Origin: Okamejei kenojei
Lineage: Eukaryota
NCBI GenBank assembly: GCA_035221665.1
Contig: CM069155.1
Span: forward strand, 25,668,001 to 25,732,000
Length of the DNA: 64,000 nt
Direction: 5' to 3'
The notes beneath the pieces were generated by a model. It saw nothing but the letters and a program-made list of their open reading frames with translations, made no database searches and was not told where the DNA came from. Positions 25,327-39,198 of this stretch are shown here, piece by piece; the first letter of the stretch is position 1, and every line of letters begins with the position of its first letter. The translations under genes and the position numbers were made by a program.

Positions 25327-26429
25327 CTGTATTGTGAGCTGTGTCTTTCCAAACCATCCTACCAATGATAACTAAAATGATTCACTTTGCTTTTAAAATA
25401 ATTGGCATGTATTTTGTGAAATTAAAATGTTAGATAAATAGACTATGATTGACCTTGTACTTGGGATCAAGCTTCCTGCTTCCAAGCTGTCTCCAAAGAA
25501 AGCTAATGATTTCATGTATTAAATTTTCTTTCCAAGAAATACCGGCTGCAAGATGTCTTGGAGAAGCATCTGGAACTCTTGCACAATCACCGTGTCCATG
25601 AGACTTTTGAAACTTGATGACATTAAACCAGTTTTCTGGACATTGTATTTTCTGAACTGAATTTTAAATTTGGCTTGATCAGTCTGAGGAAGGGTTTCGG
25701 CCCGAAACATTGCCTATTTCCTCCGCTCCATAGATACTGCTGCACCCGCTGAGTTCCTCCAGCATTTTTGTCTACCTTTAAAATTGGCTTGTTATGCTTT
25801 GATTTATCTTGAGAAGTTGTTAACTCTATGAAACAAACTAATCATTCTGTGTGAAATCCTCTGGATGAGTGTGAAGGACAGTGCACATGATAACTGCTTG
25901 ATAATTGTAGGTCTGCAGGAAGTGATTTTGATGCTTTTATCTCTATAGTGGACTATTAATTTGCAAAATGGGTATCAGAATATCGCTAAAAGCCTTGGGT
26001 GGGAGGGGAACCATATAGTTTGTGAATCCATAACTTGTTAAACATCCTATATGATTCCCCAAGAATGTGACTTTAATTCCACAATCAAATTTACATTCAG
26101 CCTATTGTGTGTGTGACCAGCCTGACCCCATCTTCCTGCACAGCATCTATACCTTGTAGGTCACGACTCTTCCAGTCCAGCCCCTGGAACAGTCACCCTC
26201 GTTACGAAAGGGCTGCGTTTTTGCTGGAATCCTGTTATACAAAATCTCGTTATGTATAAATACACAATAACCACACACGCAACCATACGTATACAATTAA
26301 ATAAAGACGCATTTATTTACAAGGCATGGCTAAATAACTTGGGAAACTCCAGGACATGTTTCACTGAAAGGATTTTATCACACACCACGTGGCTTAATTA
26401 TGAAGTATAACTAATTTTTGAAAGCAATC

Positions 26430-27110
26430 ATGGGTTCTGTCTCAACCACCCTTTTTCAGATCGTGACTTCCAGATCTCTGTAACTTTAACTTTTCCCCTC
26501 TCCTCGCTCATTCTTTACTAATTATTTCAAATCTCTGCTTGTGGCTTTGACTGCTCAGTCGAAAGGAACTATGTCCTTCATATTTGCTTTAATCGAGGCC
26601 CATCGTAATTTGAAACTTTTCAACCTCCTCTGATCCAAAGAAAAGAATCCCAGCCCATCTAATCTATCCTCATAACTACATTTTCCCTTTTATTAAATCT
26701 CTTCTACAGCCCCTTCCATCCAATTGCATCTTCCTTGTAATGTGGTGACCAGAACTGTATGACTGTGTGCAGTGCTCAGGCAGTGTGAAAAATGTTTTAT
26801 ACAGTTCAAGCATGGTCAGTCTGCCTGCCCTTCCTTTCTCTCCTTTTCTACTGAAGGAAAATATCCTATGTTCCTTATTTTTAATCACTTTTTCTCCCTG
26901 CCCTGCTATTTTTAAGAATCTGTGGACGTGCACTCCAAGGTGTCTCTGTTTATTCTCACCTTGCCATATCCTCGCATTTATTGTACACTTCCTCCCTTGT
27001 GCTTCACCTCATCAACTGCTTTACTTCACTCTTCTCTGGATTAAATTATAGGTGCCATTTTCCTTTTGTCCAATTAACCAAACTCTATTTCTTGTTACCG
27101 TTTCATACCT
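26430..27110 (-). mobile_element. old CR1 LINE fragment
   Basis: HVHRFLKIAGQGEKVIK...MLELYKT on the - strand. Confidence 0.65.
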
Positions 27111-28439
27111 GCCTCCTTTCTTGCTAAATTAATTGGCATGTCCATCATCCCCACACTTTTTCTTCTCTCCTAAGGTTAAAATCATTAATAAAACCATGCA
27201 AAGCACCTAGAGCATTCTCTTATCTTCAGATTTGCAGCATCAGCTGTTTTCTGCTTTTTATTATTTTTGATTGTCCCCGTTTAATATAAATGTAGGTTTC
27301 AGTTGTCCCCTATAAATTGTGTCATGAATTTTCCTATGCCCAAAATAAAAATAACCAGCCAGTAACTAAAAAGCAAGATACTGTAGGTCCTAGAAATCTG
27401 AAAACAAAGCAAGTCCTGGAGGTAGTCAGTGGGTCAGGCAGCTCCTGTAGCAATGAAGAGGAGTGGTATGTTGGCCTGTACTGCAGGGGTTCAGGAGTAT
27501 GGTGAGCTCTATGCGCAGTTTTGGTCTCTGTATTTGAGAAGGATGTTTTGCAGATTCACTGCCCAGTATCATCAACGATATCCCAGTTTCCAGTGCTGCC
27601 ATCAATGCCCTGTTGCACCCAGTGGATCATGATGGAGTCTACTGGGGCAGTGCCGTCTCCTGCAAATCCACCCCCACTCTGTGTTTGGTTAAACTCTGTG
27701 CAACGCGGGATCCTCCCCTGCCATCCTGCTCAGCCCCAGGGAGAAAGGTAACACTTTTTTGTTACTTTAAATTGATTTTCACTGGATAACAGTCTCTGAC
27801 TGCTAGCCAGTACAGCGTGCCGTTGTTGGCCAAATGCCAGTGTTGTGTTTCCATACTCCATTGTGGCACAGAGTGGTGGAACCTGAACTGTGGATACTTT
27901 AGTCAGCAATAAGCAGGGGCTGGAACATCCAAGTAATTCATGCTGGGAGAAAGGCAGCTGTAGGAACAGGAGTCCCGTGCTTTCCATCACTCTCGTAAAC
28001 TCACAGAGCTCTGTTTCCACAAAAATCCAAACTTTTAAAACATGTGAACAAAGAATTCTTTTGAGTACAAAATAAAAATGGAAAATGCTGGATATGCTCA
28101 AATTAAAAGGTCCCTGGCCTGTGAGGTGAACCCTTGCTCTCTTGCTCTCTCGCAACAGAAGCCCAGTGACCTTGTGAGGATGTTCATCGTTTTGTCCTTA
28201 ATTTCCATTTGGCTTTTGGATGAAAGGACATTTTCCTGTAAATAAACACAACTAGAAATCTAATAAGCAAGCAAAAGTCGGAAATAACCTGGTGGGCCAG
28301 TCAGACGTCTTCCCATTTATTCTTGACGATCCAAAACAGCAGTGGTTCCAGAGTACACAAAAGGCTGGAGAAACTCAGCGGGTGCAGCAGCATCTAAGGA
28401 GCGAAGGAGATAGGCGACGTTTCGGGTCGAGACCCTTCT

Positions 28440-29035
28440 TGTTTATTTGTCATGTGCATGGGATGTAAACCGATAAACAACAACATTCTTACTGCAGCTT
28501 CACATGCATATTGGATGCGGCAAACAACAATAAATATACAATAAATTATCAGTTATTCTCAGTAAACCAGACCATGATAATGCACATGCCAACGTACATT
28601 GAGCCGCTGGAGTTGTGCAAACTGTGCAGTGGTTCGATGCTGAGGCAGGGTTGTGCAGGGTACCTCAAGAATCTGATGGTTGATGGGAAGAAGCTGTTCT
28701 TGAACCTGTTTCCATGGTTCTCAGGCTCCTGTACTTTCTTCCTAATGGTCATAGTGAGAAAGGACTGTGAGGTCATTGATATTAGCTGCTGCCTCGAGGT
28801 AGCACTTACTGTAGATGCTGTTGAAGGTGGGAAGGTCAGTACCCATGATGGACTGGGCACTGTTCACCACTTTCTGTAGCCTCCGGCATTCTTGAGCGTT
28901 AAAATTACTGAACTAAGTTGTGATGCAACCAGACAGTGTGGTCTCCACCATATACATGTTGAAGTTCAATTCAGCAACATCTGAGGAATCAAAGGCGTTG
29001 GTAAGCTTTCTTTGTGATGTTCTGGGCCCAGGACA
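28440..29035 (-). mobile_element. degenerate Rex1-like LINE 3' fragment
   Basis: NRFKNSFFPSTIRFL motif and a 3'UTR similar to the other copies. Confidence 0.65.
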
Positions 29036-29347
29036 GATCATCACAGATCAAATGCAGGAGGAGGCCATTCGGCCCTTCGAACCAGCACCGCCATTCATTG
29101 TGATCATGGCTGATCGTCCCCTATCAATAACCCGTGCCTGCCTTCTCCCCTAGCCCCTAGAGCTCTATCTAACGCTCTCTTAAATCCATTTTCTCAGCAA
29201 AATTTAAAACAGCAAAATGTGGCCACCCTTATCAAGAGTGGCAAGGTTGCAATCTCTGCTTCTCCTACAGAAGGTAGCAATGGGTCTTCCATGAATTGTT
29301 GGCTCGGTGTGCTGAATGTGGTGACAGTTATATTTCTTTCTTTACAG

Positions 29348-29517
29348 TCTACATATTACATGGAAGGGAACACTGGTCACACAGTGTTTCAGACTACATT
29401 TGGACGGATTGCTGTAAATATCTGCTATGGTCGACACCACCCGTTGAATTGGTTAATGTACAGCATTAATGGAGCGGAAATAATCTTCAACCCTTCTGCT
29501 ACTGTGGGGGAGCTGAG
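29348..29517 (+). CDS. UPB1: beta-ureidopropionase exon 6 (catalytic Cys, NICYGRHHP)
   Basis: Acceptor tttacag and donor gtagga; 170 nt. [56 protein letters not shown]. Confidence 0.98.
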
Positions 29518-30689
29518 GTAGGAGAATGGTACTATGTCATTTAATGGCACATTTCACAAACTCTTAAGAGCAGTTTGCTTTGTCTTTAACATCAATGCAC
29601 TGGCATTGGGCAAAAGACATGGGATACTTTTTCCCCCGTGGTGCCATTCCTCAGATACTTTACACCAAAATCATGTAAAAAAGAGTCATTTGGTGGTGAA
29701 TGTGTGCGCTGCTTTCCAATGGCCCCTGTTACTAAACATTGGCAATTTCAGGCTGAGAATAAGGGATGGGAGTGTGGTGTGAATGCAGGAAGGAAATCAC
29801 TTCATGTTATTGCTCCACTTCAAATTACAACCGCATCTTGACTAATGAGCCTGCAATGCAAACCTAATTAACCAAATAAAGACCTTGTTGGAAAGATATG
29901 CAAAGCACTGACGGAAGTTGTCCTCACCAGATGGAACCTTTGTAATTCAATCTGAGCTTGTCGTCAGATTTAAATCCAGCTCAAAGCACAATATTTATCT
30001 CTCCGTTTCCGGTCAAATTTTGAGAGCAGTTTCATCATTGGCGGTTAATCGATCAGAGTTTGGAGCATTCACTGAGTGGGAGTGAGCTATATTTCATGGA
30101 AGTGAGGGTGGGGGGGGGGGGGGGGCAGGGAGATAAACTCAGGGCATTGGGGTAATTGTGTTGCTGAAGGGAGTGACACTGAGGAAGTAGAATGCCTAGT
30201 GCTTACTGTTCTTGACTGAGGTATGTGCTGGAGTAGACTAACGTGAGAGGGAGGGAGTCATAATGCCAGAGATTCCTACACTGAGTCAAGCCAGAAGAGG
30301 AGCCTTGAGGGTCAGGGGTTGTGGCGGATATATTGTTGTTCCTTCTGGATCCACAGAAATCTTAAAAACATCTGGACTATTTTTTGAGCTTCATGTGAAC
30401 AAGCAATTCCATTGCACCCTGGTGTATATGACAACAAACAAATCTGAATCTGAGGAGCCAGTGGAGGTCACTTTCAGTGATGATGGGTAGAGGGTGTTTC
30501 TTGCAAGCTTCACCCAGACGTACCTTCAGTGTGAGCTTGGGTCTGTTCATTGGCATTGCGCCCTGATTGGGACACAGTCACCCATGTGAAAGTCCCATTC
30601 CCCGTGGATGCGTCAGGAGCAAATACTAAAGGTCCTCTCATGTTTTTCAGGCTGTTGTGATCTTGCTCAGATTGGGTGAGGTATGGCAG

Positions 30690-31370
30690 CTTGTGAGGTG
30701 TTGCACTTTTGGAGGTTGAATATCTGGGGAAAGTAAATGGTTAATGGCACGCCCCTTAACAGCGTTGATGTACAGAGGTCCAAGACCATAATTCCATGAA
30801 AGTGGCAACACAGGTAGATAGAGTGGTAAAGACGGCGCATGTTATGCTAGCCTTCATTGGTCAGGCATTGAGTAAACAGGGGATTAGCTACAGGGAAAGG
30901 TTGGACAGACTTGGATTGCTTCTCTGGAACGCCAAGGATTGTGGGGAGACCTTATAGAAATAGATAAAATCATGAGATGCAGAGATTGGGTTGACAGTCG
31001 GAAACTTTTTCCCCAGTATGGAAAAAACATACTACAGGGCATAGCTTTAAGGTGAAAGGAGCAAATTTCAAAGGAGATGTGCAGGACAAACTTTCTTGAC
31101 ACAGACTGGTGAGTGTGGGGAGCACACTGCCAGGGGCGATGTTAGGGGCAGAAATGAAATTGGCATTTAAGTGACTATTAGGTAGTTGCAGGGAATGGAG
31201 GGATATCTCTCCATATCACTTAAATGCCACGTTCATATCTACCTCCAACACCTCTGGCAGTGCGTTCCTGATCCCACACATTTCCTATAAACTTCTCACG
31301 TCCAGACTAGTTTAATGTGGCATTGTGTTGGGGCATGGACATTGTAGGCCAAAGGACCTGTTATACCGTT
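30690..31370 (+). mobile_element. CR1 LINE fragment with a short internal inverted piece
   Basis: gaaagtggcaacacaggtagatagagtggt...ggagaccttatagaa; inverted segment at ~31210-31270. Confidence 0.75.
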
Positions 31371-32164
31371 CTATGGCTGGGACCCGTTCATATCAAGGTC
31401 ATTTCATCTTGCTGAGGTACCAGAACTTACCTCTGTTGGGTCTGAGACTTGAACAATACTGCCCTCCACAGCGTCAGTCCCATATTAAACTTCAGTTCTG
31501 GCCGTGCCTTTCCAGTAACAAACCCACAGCAGAAGAGTCCAGATCCAAACACGCCCATCACTTCCTTCTAAACTGTGGGATGTATTTACTTACTAAAGGA
31601 ATGAAGGACTGTGCTAGAAATGCAGCTGTTGCTGCACAGCATGAGACTCACTCTGGGAATAAAATGCTCAAGGACTGTGAAGGATCAACAATTTATGCTA
31701 GAGTTGAAAAGTGCATTCAGGAACGCAGTGTTTTGATATGTTCTCTTTCTGATTTTTTTTTTTTTTTTAATTGAATAACTATGGGGAGAAATTTGATTGT
31801 GCTGATGGACAAATTAATTTGAACTGGAGCAGAACTGTACTGTTGTCTCTGCATACATCACATTGTGGCTCCAGCCTTTGTCAGCCCTGTTCAGCATACA
31901 TTTGCAGGCTGTTGCTTGCACAGCTGCAGGAGAGGGGCACAGACTGAAGCCATGGCTAGCATCTCCCACGGAGGGAAATGTCGGAACCAAGCCTTGCAGA
32001 TCAGGATAAAAGGTGGCAGGCTTCTCCAGGGAGCTGGGGGCACCACTGTGACCCAGTCTAGTCTCGGCAGCAGCTGGTTGGCATGGTTATCTATAGGTTT
32101 GAAACATGGGTGCAATGGTAAAGGAGGTTTAATGATCGGGATGAATACCTCACCAAATTGGTTA

Positions 32165-32440
32165 GGCTTAGCGCAGAAAGGGCGACCACTTTGCGTGAAT
32201 TTGTGCTCTGTCCACCTCGGCCATTTAGAGTTCCTGTTTGCCAGCCATTTTAATTCCAGTTCCCATTTCCGCACTGACCTGTCTGTTAGTTTACATTTGA
32301 CCTCCTCCACTGCCAGGGTGAGTAAATGTAAACTAAAGGAAGAGGACCTGGTATTCTGCCTGGGTAGTCTACAACCTGACAACATGAAAATTGAATTCTC
32401 CAATTTCGGGCAACCCTCATCCAATCTGTCCCCTTCTCTC
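32165..32440 (+). mobile_element. Penelope-like GIY-YIG C-terminal fragment
   Basis: ASHFNSSSHFRTDLSV...KLKEEDLVFCLGSLQPDNMKIEFSNF. Confidence 0.72.
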
Positions 32441-33109
32441 CTCCTGTCTACCCATGTTCCTTCACATGTTCTTTACACCCTCAGCTCCCAGCCCCTTGTC
32501 ACCAAGTTGGTGATATGGCCCAGTAACACTCGGGCCATCAAGACCTACTGGATCTCTGGGTCGCTAACCATTTTAGCTCCCCTTCCTATTCTCATACTGA
32601 CATTTCTGTCCTGGCCTCCTCCAAGCTAGAGGAACTGAGGTCACATTGAACCTCCGCTGCCACTTCTTCCAATTTGGATAGGTCCTCTGTCCCCTCCTGC
32701 ATTGGCATCATGCAAGGTTAACTTTGGTCCCTTTGCTCGAGTTCGGACTGAAGGTCAGTGGAACACAAAACAAACCCTGTGTAAGAAGGAATTGTAGATG
32801 CTGGTTTAAACTGAAGATAAACACAAAAAGCTGTAGGAACTCTGCCAGACAGGCAGCATCTCTGGAGAGAAGGAATGGGTGACGTTTCGGGTCGAGACCC
32901 TTCAGACCCTGTTCCAGGTCCATCCGTCACCTCTGTCGATCGTGTCCCACCACTGGGTTCTCGTGAGCAAGTTCCCTCTGAGCCATTGAGGACCCATTCA
33001 AAGTTAGGAATGGCCCTTCCTGGTTCAGACCAACTTCCTGGTGAATGGTCCACACTCTGCCTTAATTGCAGTAACAAGGCTAGTGGCAGGTCAATGTTAC
33101 CGGGGAGAC

Positions 33110-33640
33110 AAAGCCCTGGAGTAACTTAGCAGGTCAGGTGCATCCCTGGAGGAGATGAATGGGTGACGTTTCTGGTCGAGCCCCTTCTTCAGACTGATTG
33201 TAGGAGGGGAAGAAGAAAGCTAGAAAAGGGGAGAGGTGGGACAGAGCATGGCAGGTAATAGGTCGACATAGGCGAGGGGGAGGGGTTGATAGGCAGATAT
33301 ACAAAGGGAGGTATGAGACAGGTTTGAAGAGTTGTGGATTGTAAATCCAGAGTGGCAGAAGATGTGGAGCGGAAAAATAGTTGGGAGTCCAGGTGGGAGA
33401 AGGGGGGGAGAGAGGGGTTGTGGGGAGAAAGGGGGGCTGGGGTGGTTAATGAGAGGTTGCCTAAAATTGGAGAATTCAAAATTCATGTTGTTGTGTCGTA
33501 AGCTACCCAAGCAGAATATGAGGTAGTTCCCCCAGTTTGCATATGGCCTTACTCTGGCAATGGAGGAGGCCCAGGACAGAAAGGTCAGTGTGGGAATAGG
33601 AAGAGGAGTTAAGATGGTTAGCAACCGGGAGATCCGAGCA
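33110..33640 (-). mobile_element. Penelope-like 3' fragment
   Basis: LIFCLGSLRHNNMNFEFSNFR on the - strand, followed by the terminal motif at 33165-33192. Confidence 0.75.
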
Positions 33641-34102
33641 TTACTGGAGCATACCTCCTGACCTCTTGTGGTACATGTCCCCGTGTTTCATGTTAACAAG
33701 GCCTGCACAGATTTTTTTTATTGCAACTGAGATTCCTATCAATAGGGCACCCATAGCAGTGAGAAGGATGGTCTCTACATTCACATTGCACTGATCTCAA
33801 GCACAAGCAGCTGTATTCTGTTGTTTCGGCAGCTGTGTCATGCATGCTTTCCCAGCACATGCGCACCTTCCAGAGGTTTGAATGGACTGAGTATAAACTG
33901 GTGCAGTGCTACAGCCTTGAGCCAAGAATGCCTCCCAATTACTCTCCTGAATAACCTGACTTAGACCTTAAATTGGATCCTGGTTTTGGATTATCCCACT
34001 TTATTATTATCTACTTGTAAATATTGTATTCATTTTTATCTTTTATTTATTGAATGGAATCATTTTAGTGTCTTAACTTTATTTTTCTTGTAAACGTTCC
34101 AG

Positions 34103-34184
34103 TGAACCATTGTGGCCGATTGAAGCCAGAAACGCAGCTATTGTCAACAGCTGCTTCACCTGCGCCATCAACCGTGTGGGAACC
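34103..34184 (+). CDS. UPB1: beta-ureidopropionase exon 7
   Basis: Acceptor ttccag and donor gtgagt; 82 nt. (S)[27 protein letters not shown]. Absent from the ORF track; read directly. Confidence 0.97.
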
Positions 34185-34379
34185 GTGAGTAGCAGCCATA
34201 GTCTAGCTGTGCTGAGTCAATATCTCGTGCCCAACCTGCATAGCTGAAACAGATCAGTCTAGGAATGGGATGCCAGGGTGCTACTTTCACCTCCTCTCGC
34301 ACTCTCCCGCCTTGGGTATTTGTCAATGGATCGCTGTAGGAGTTCTTCCTCCCCTGTGTCTGGAACTTTAATGGGGAAA

Positions 34380-35060
34380 TCAAATTCTGGGAGAACATAC
34401 AGAGTAAATGGCAGGGACCTTTGGAGCATTGACGTGCAGAGACCATGGGCTGCAAGTCCACAGTTCCCTGAGATTAATTAACACTTGAATGCAGTAATGA
34501 AGAAGGTATTCGGCATGCTTCCTTCATAGATGTTGAGTACAAGAGCTGGGACATGGTGTGACAGTTGTACAACACATTGTATAGGCCTCACTTCGAATAC
34601 TGTGTACCACTGTGGTAACCACATTACACGTGGGATGTTGTAGCAATGTGGAGTATGCAGAAAATATCTGCCAGGATGTTGCCTGGAATGGAGGGCTGTA
34701 GATATGGGAGCTGGGATCGATGCGGTCCATTCTCAGTGGCGCACAGCACGCTGAGGAGAGACCTTGGAGGTTATAAAATTATGAGGGCATGGTCAGTATA
34801 GATGGTCAGAGTCTTTTTCCTAGGGCAACAGTCCAGAACTAGAAGGTGCAGATTGAAGTTGAGGGGGAAAATATTGAAGTGATCGGAGGGGTAGGTTTTG
34901 CGCACAGGTCATTTGGAACAGAGCATTTGGATCGATTTTTGGATAGGAAAAGAGCAGAGGGATACTGGTCGAGTGTGAGTAAAAGGGATTAGTGTAGCTA
35001 GACATCACGGTTGGCATGGACGAGGTGGGAGGGCCGGCTTGGGTGCTGCATGATTCCCAC
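34380..35060 (+). mobile_element. old CR1 LINE fragment
   Basis: gtaaatggcagggacc...aggcctcacttcgaatactgtgtac...ggagagaccttggaggttataaaattatgaggg. Confidence 0.7.
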
Positions 35061-36861
35061 AGCGGAACAGGAAGGTGACATCAACACACAGGGACAATCA
35101 CTAGACAATGGCCTGCCAGTGATCCCAGTCCCCACAGTGGGTCTGATGAAGAACCACCACGTTACCACCCTCTGGTTGCTGAACAGATTGGCATCCCCTT
35201 GAACCCAGGTCGGCAATCAGCCAGGCATAACCAGGTTATGGGAAGCCCCTTATTTCAGTTCCTTCTTTCTGTCGCTGATCTCTTTAGCCAATATCCTCCT
35301 TCTATCTCTTCTTAAGGCATAGAGGACCTCCCTCCTACTCCTGCTTCTCATGACTGAGGAGGAGGCCATCATGTTGATGCCAGCATTCAGAGCAATCAGG
35401 CTCTGCATTCTGAAGACATTTTTGGGTAACAGTCCCATTTCCCCACTTATTTCTCTGTAACCTATTCCCTCTTGCATGCTCATTAACTCTCATTGCCTCC
35501 ACCCACCCTGTCCCCACAGTTCTACCATCCACCAATAATAGGAGTGATTCACATCAACCTACCAATCTTTTAACCATTGCGCCAAGTTCATTAACTATTC
35601 TGCTGAAGCTTTCATTCAGCTTCCAAAGTTGGAGGTGGTGAGCAGGAGTTGGAGGAGACAGCCCCTTCATCCTCTAACTGCAACTATGACTTCAGTCGGC
35701 ATCTATTTAGTTTCAGCAGGTCTCGTGGACTGCCGAAATTGCACTTGTGCCTGCACACTGGTACAATGAGCAAGGTGAATAATATTGCCCATGTATTGCA
35801 ACTGGATTCATGAGCTGCACGCATGAATTTTGCATTCAAGCCATTGGATTAAACTCCCATTATGCATCACCACTACCAGTGCAGTTGAATTTCTTGGCCA
35901 GTATTTGGTTGTTATGTTCCTGCTGTTTGTGGGGCCGTGCCGTACACAATTGCTTCTGTTTTTCCTATATTACATCAGAAGCTAAACTTAAAAATCAATT
36001 AACTGGCTGTAAAGTGCTTTGGGAATTCATGAGGTTGTATTGTGGGGGGGGCAGGCTTTCCTTGACATAGAACTTCATACGGATTCTCTGGAACAAGATC
36101 AATGATTTGGTTCTAAGAGAAACAACAGGAGAATTCCCCAGAGCCACGTATGTTATTTAACTCTCCTGCTTTTCATAAGTGTGGGAAGTTCTAGGCTAAC
36201 TTTTGATCCCAAGACTCGACATTCTGAAGATTTTTTTGGATGGCTTTTCATTCTAACAGTCTCCCAAGTTCTTTCCACAAGTGAAAGCTATTCCTCCTGT
36301 GGGACCCAAACTGCCTGTGGTAAGCATGGGAATAAGATGCACTAAGTCTGTCACGTACAGCACTCACTACAATATGTTGTTAAAGCAGCAGACTGCTTGC
36401 CCTTAAGTCATGCTTCATAAATGTAACTTATGTTACAACCTTATTAATGGTAAAATATAAATTGAAATCACTGATGTTTAGTTTAGGTTTAGATTCATTC
36501 TTATCATGAGTACCGAGGTACTGAGAAAAGCTTTAGTTTGCATGCTGCCCAAACAAATCATATAATACTATACATAAATGCACTGAAGTCAAACACGAGT
36601 GCAATAGATAGAACAAAAGGAAAGATGTAGAGTACAGAATATAGTTCTTGGCATTGTAGTGCATCAGTTCCAATGTCTGCAATTGGGTGAAAGTGAATTG
36701 GACGGTACCCTAGCTCATGGAAGGACCATTCAGAAGCCTAATAACAGAGGGGAAGAAGCTGTCCTTGAGTCTGGAGGCTCGTGCTTTCAAGCTTCTGTAC
36801 CTTCTTCTGGATGGGAGCAGGGATAAGAAGCAAAGATCAGGATGGGACATCTTTGATTATA

Positions 36862-37215
36862 GAAACAGATAAAATTCTTAAGGGATTAGAAAGGCTAGGT
36901 GCAGGAAAAATGTTCCCAATGTTGGGGGAGCCCAGAACCAGCGGTCACAGTTTAAGAATAAGGGGTAGGCCATTTAGTACTGAGATGAAGAAAAACGTTT
37001 TCACCCAGAGAGTTATGAATCTGTGGAATTCTCTGCCACAGAAGGGAGTGGAGGCCAATTCACTGGATGTTTTCAAATTAGATATAGTTCTTAGTGCTAA
37101 CGGAATCAAGGGAAATGGGGAGAAAGCAGGAACGGAGTGATCAACCATGATCATATTGAATGGGGCTCGAAAGCGGCAAATGGCCTACTCCTGTACCTAC
37201 TTTCTATGTTTCTAT
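36862..37215 (+). mobile_element. CR1 LINE 3' fragment
   Basis: ETDKILKGLERLGAGKMFPMLGEPRTSGHSLRIRG...FTQRVMNLWNSLP. Confidence 0.88.
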
Positions 37216-37634
37216 TATGTTGTCTGCTTTGCCGAGACCAGGTGCTTTGCGCTCACTCTCATGAAGGCTGATCTTGTGTCTGCAACAGTCATTGTATGCA
37301 ACAACATAGAAAAGTTATTTCTTTCACTTAGCCCCAGTGAAGTAAATGTTCTTGATTGGAAAAGCTGGACGATGAAAGCACTCAGTAAAAGGAGGCAATC
37401 CTCAGCTCCTAATCCATCCAATACCCTCACTCAGCACACACCCACCATCCAAAGCTCAGAAATGTCAGTCGATCCCTGTGCATCCAAATGTTTTTAAGGT
37501 ACAATGTCTGGGATTTGCACCTCCCTTTGTGGTAACGAACTGTTTCCAGATTTTCCGGGCATGTGTCCCCTTCAACCATATTTGAGATCCAGAACCAGTG
37601 TCTGTGATGATACCACAAATTATATAGGAACTAA

Positions 37635-38165
37635 TGGGCCTGTCCCACTTAGGCGACTGCACGAGGCTATGCAGTCGCCACATGTTCGCGGGTGATTGCC
37701 GGGAACTCCTCATGGTCGTGAGGAGTTCCCGCATTCTGGGAACTAGTCGCGGCCTCGTTATTTTCACCGCAAATTTTTCAACATGTTGAAAAATTAGCGG
37801 CGACCAGAATGAAGCCGCCATGGAGGGTAGCGAGAATTCTCGTGCCGTAGGTGTGTCGCCAGGAGGTCGAAGGTTCTCGTAGGTTATAGCCGGTGCTGAC
37901 CGGTGAATTTCATTGGCTCATTGGGGTAAAAGAAAACGTAAGCAGTAGTTTTCAGATCCAAGGATAACCGACCGGTAATGTTAATGTCCGCTGAGCTTCA
38001 TAGCCGTGCATCTCTGGCTTCTTAAAAGTTGTCTCCACTCCTTCTTCCCACCCCCCTCTTTCCCCCCCCCCTTTTTAAAGGACTTACGTGATCCTTCCTG
38101 TACACTGTTCTTTCACCGTCTTAATTACAGCGCCAACCTTCCTGTTCATCGCGGTGTGTCAGTTT
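37635..38165. mobile_element. Harbinger-like MITE relative, only one TIR visible
   Basis: taa|tgggcctgtcccacttaggcga shares its TIR with the 46903 element and has a CpG-rich body. No matching right TIR found, so the right boundary is approximate. Confidence 0.6.
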
Positions 38166-39030
38166 TTGCTTGTGAGAGAGCCTTGTAATGATCAAGCCTG
38201 TTGGATAATGCATATCTTTGATACCCTTAACATAACCATACAGATTATACTGAAGAAGGGTCTCGACCCAAAATGTTACCCATTTCTTCTCTCCAGAGAT
38301 GCTGCCTGTCCCGCTGAGTTACTCCAGCTTTTTGTGTCTATCTTCGGTTTAAACCAGCATCTGTGCAGATCCTTCTCACACATAGATTATACAGTTAGTA
38401 GTTAGCATGGCAAAATGCACTAGAGATTGACACTGCCTAAGTTTATGTATGTGTTGATACTGATTATAACACTTAGTACGTACCTGACACTGCCATCAGT
38501 CGAGATTTAATGCTTTCAGGAAGAGCTGCACCTCTGTTGTTTGCATTTACACATAGCGACACTACAGAGACAACAGACATCCATAAACTCAGGGTGTCAA
38601 ACATATCACTAACCAAGTGCATCACACTGACTGCACGTTCCTGTCATATAGTAAACAAGGACATCATATGATTTAAGACAATGGTCTTAAATTTGCTTTA
38701 CTTTTGTTTACTTACCGTTTCAGGTTTGGCATGTTTGACTTCCAACAACAACCATCTTCCTTCAAATTCATAAGTCATAGGAGCAGAAGTAGGCTTCCCC
38801 GCCATTCAATCATGGCTGATCTATCTTGCCCTCTCCATCTCATTCTCCTGCCTTCTCTGTGGCAATGAATTCCACAGATTCGCCACCCTCTGACTAAAGA
38901 AATTCATCCTCAACTTTCTAAAGGTGCGTCTTTTAATTCTGAGGCCATACCTCCTGGTCCCAGACTCTCCCACGAGTGGAAACTTCCTCTCCTGTATCCC
39001 GGTCTTTCACTATCTGGTACGTTTCAATGA

Positions 39031-39165
39031 TGGCATTCTGGGAGTGGCGGCGCTGCCCTGGCAGCAGTGGCTCGCCTGCAGTCCGTCTGTTTTTCTTTTT
39101 ATTTGTTGTTTTCTTGTCTTGTTTTAGCGTTAGTTTGAGTTATTATGTAGTGTATGTGTGTGTGT

Positions 39166-39198
<33 letters not shown>

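Noticed and set aside
29375-29400. UPB1 GHTVF instead of the human GHPVF
   Set aside because: Not a catalytic residue, and I cannot show it is unusual among fishes without an alignment.
38590-38745. Possible hAT-type MITE (cagggtgtcaaacat ... atgtttgac)
   Set aside because: Only a 9-bp inverted match and no 8-bp TSD visible.
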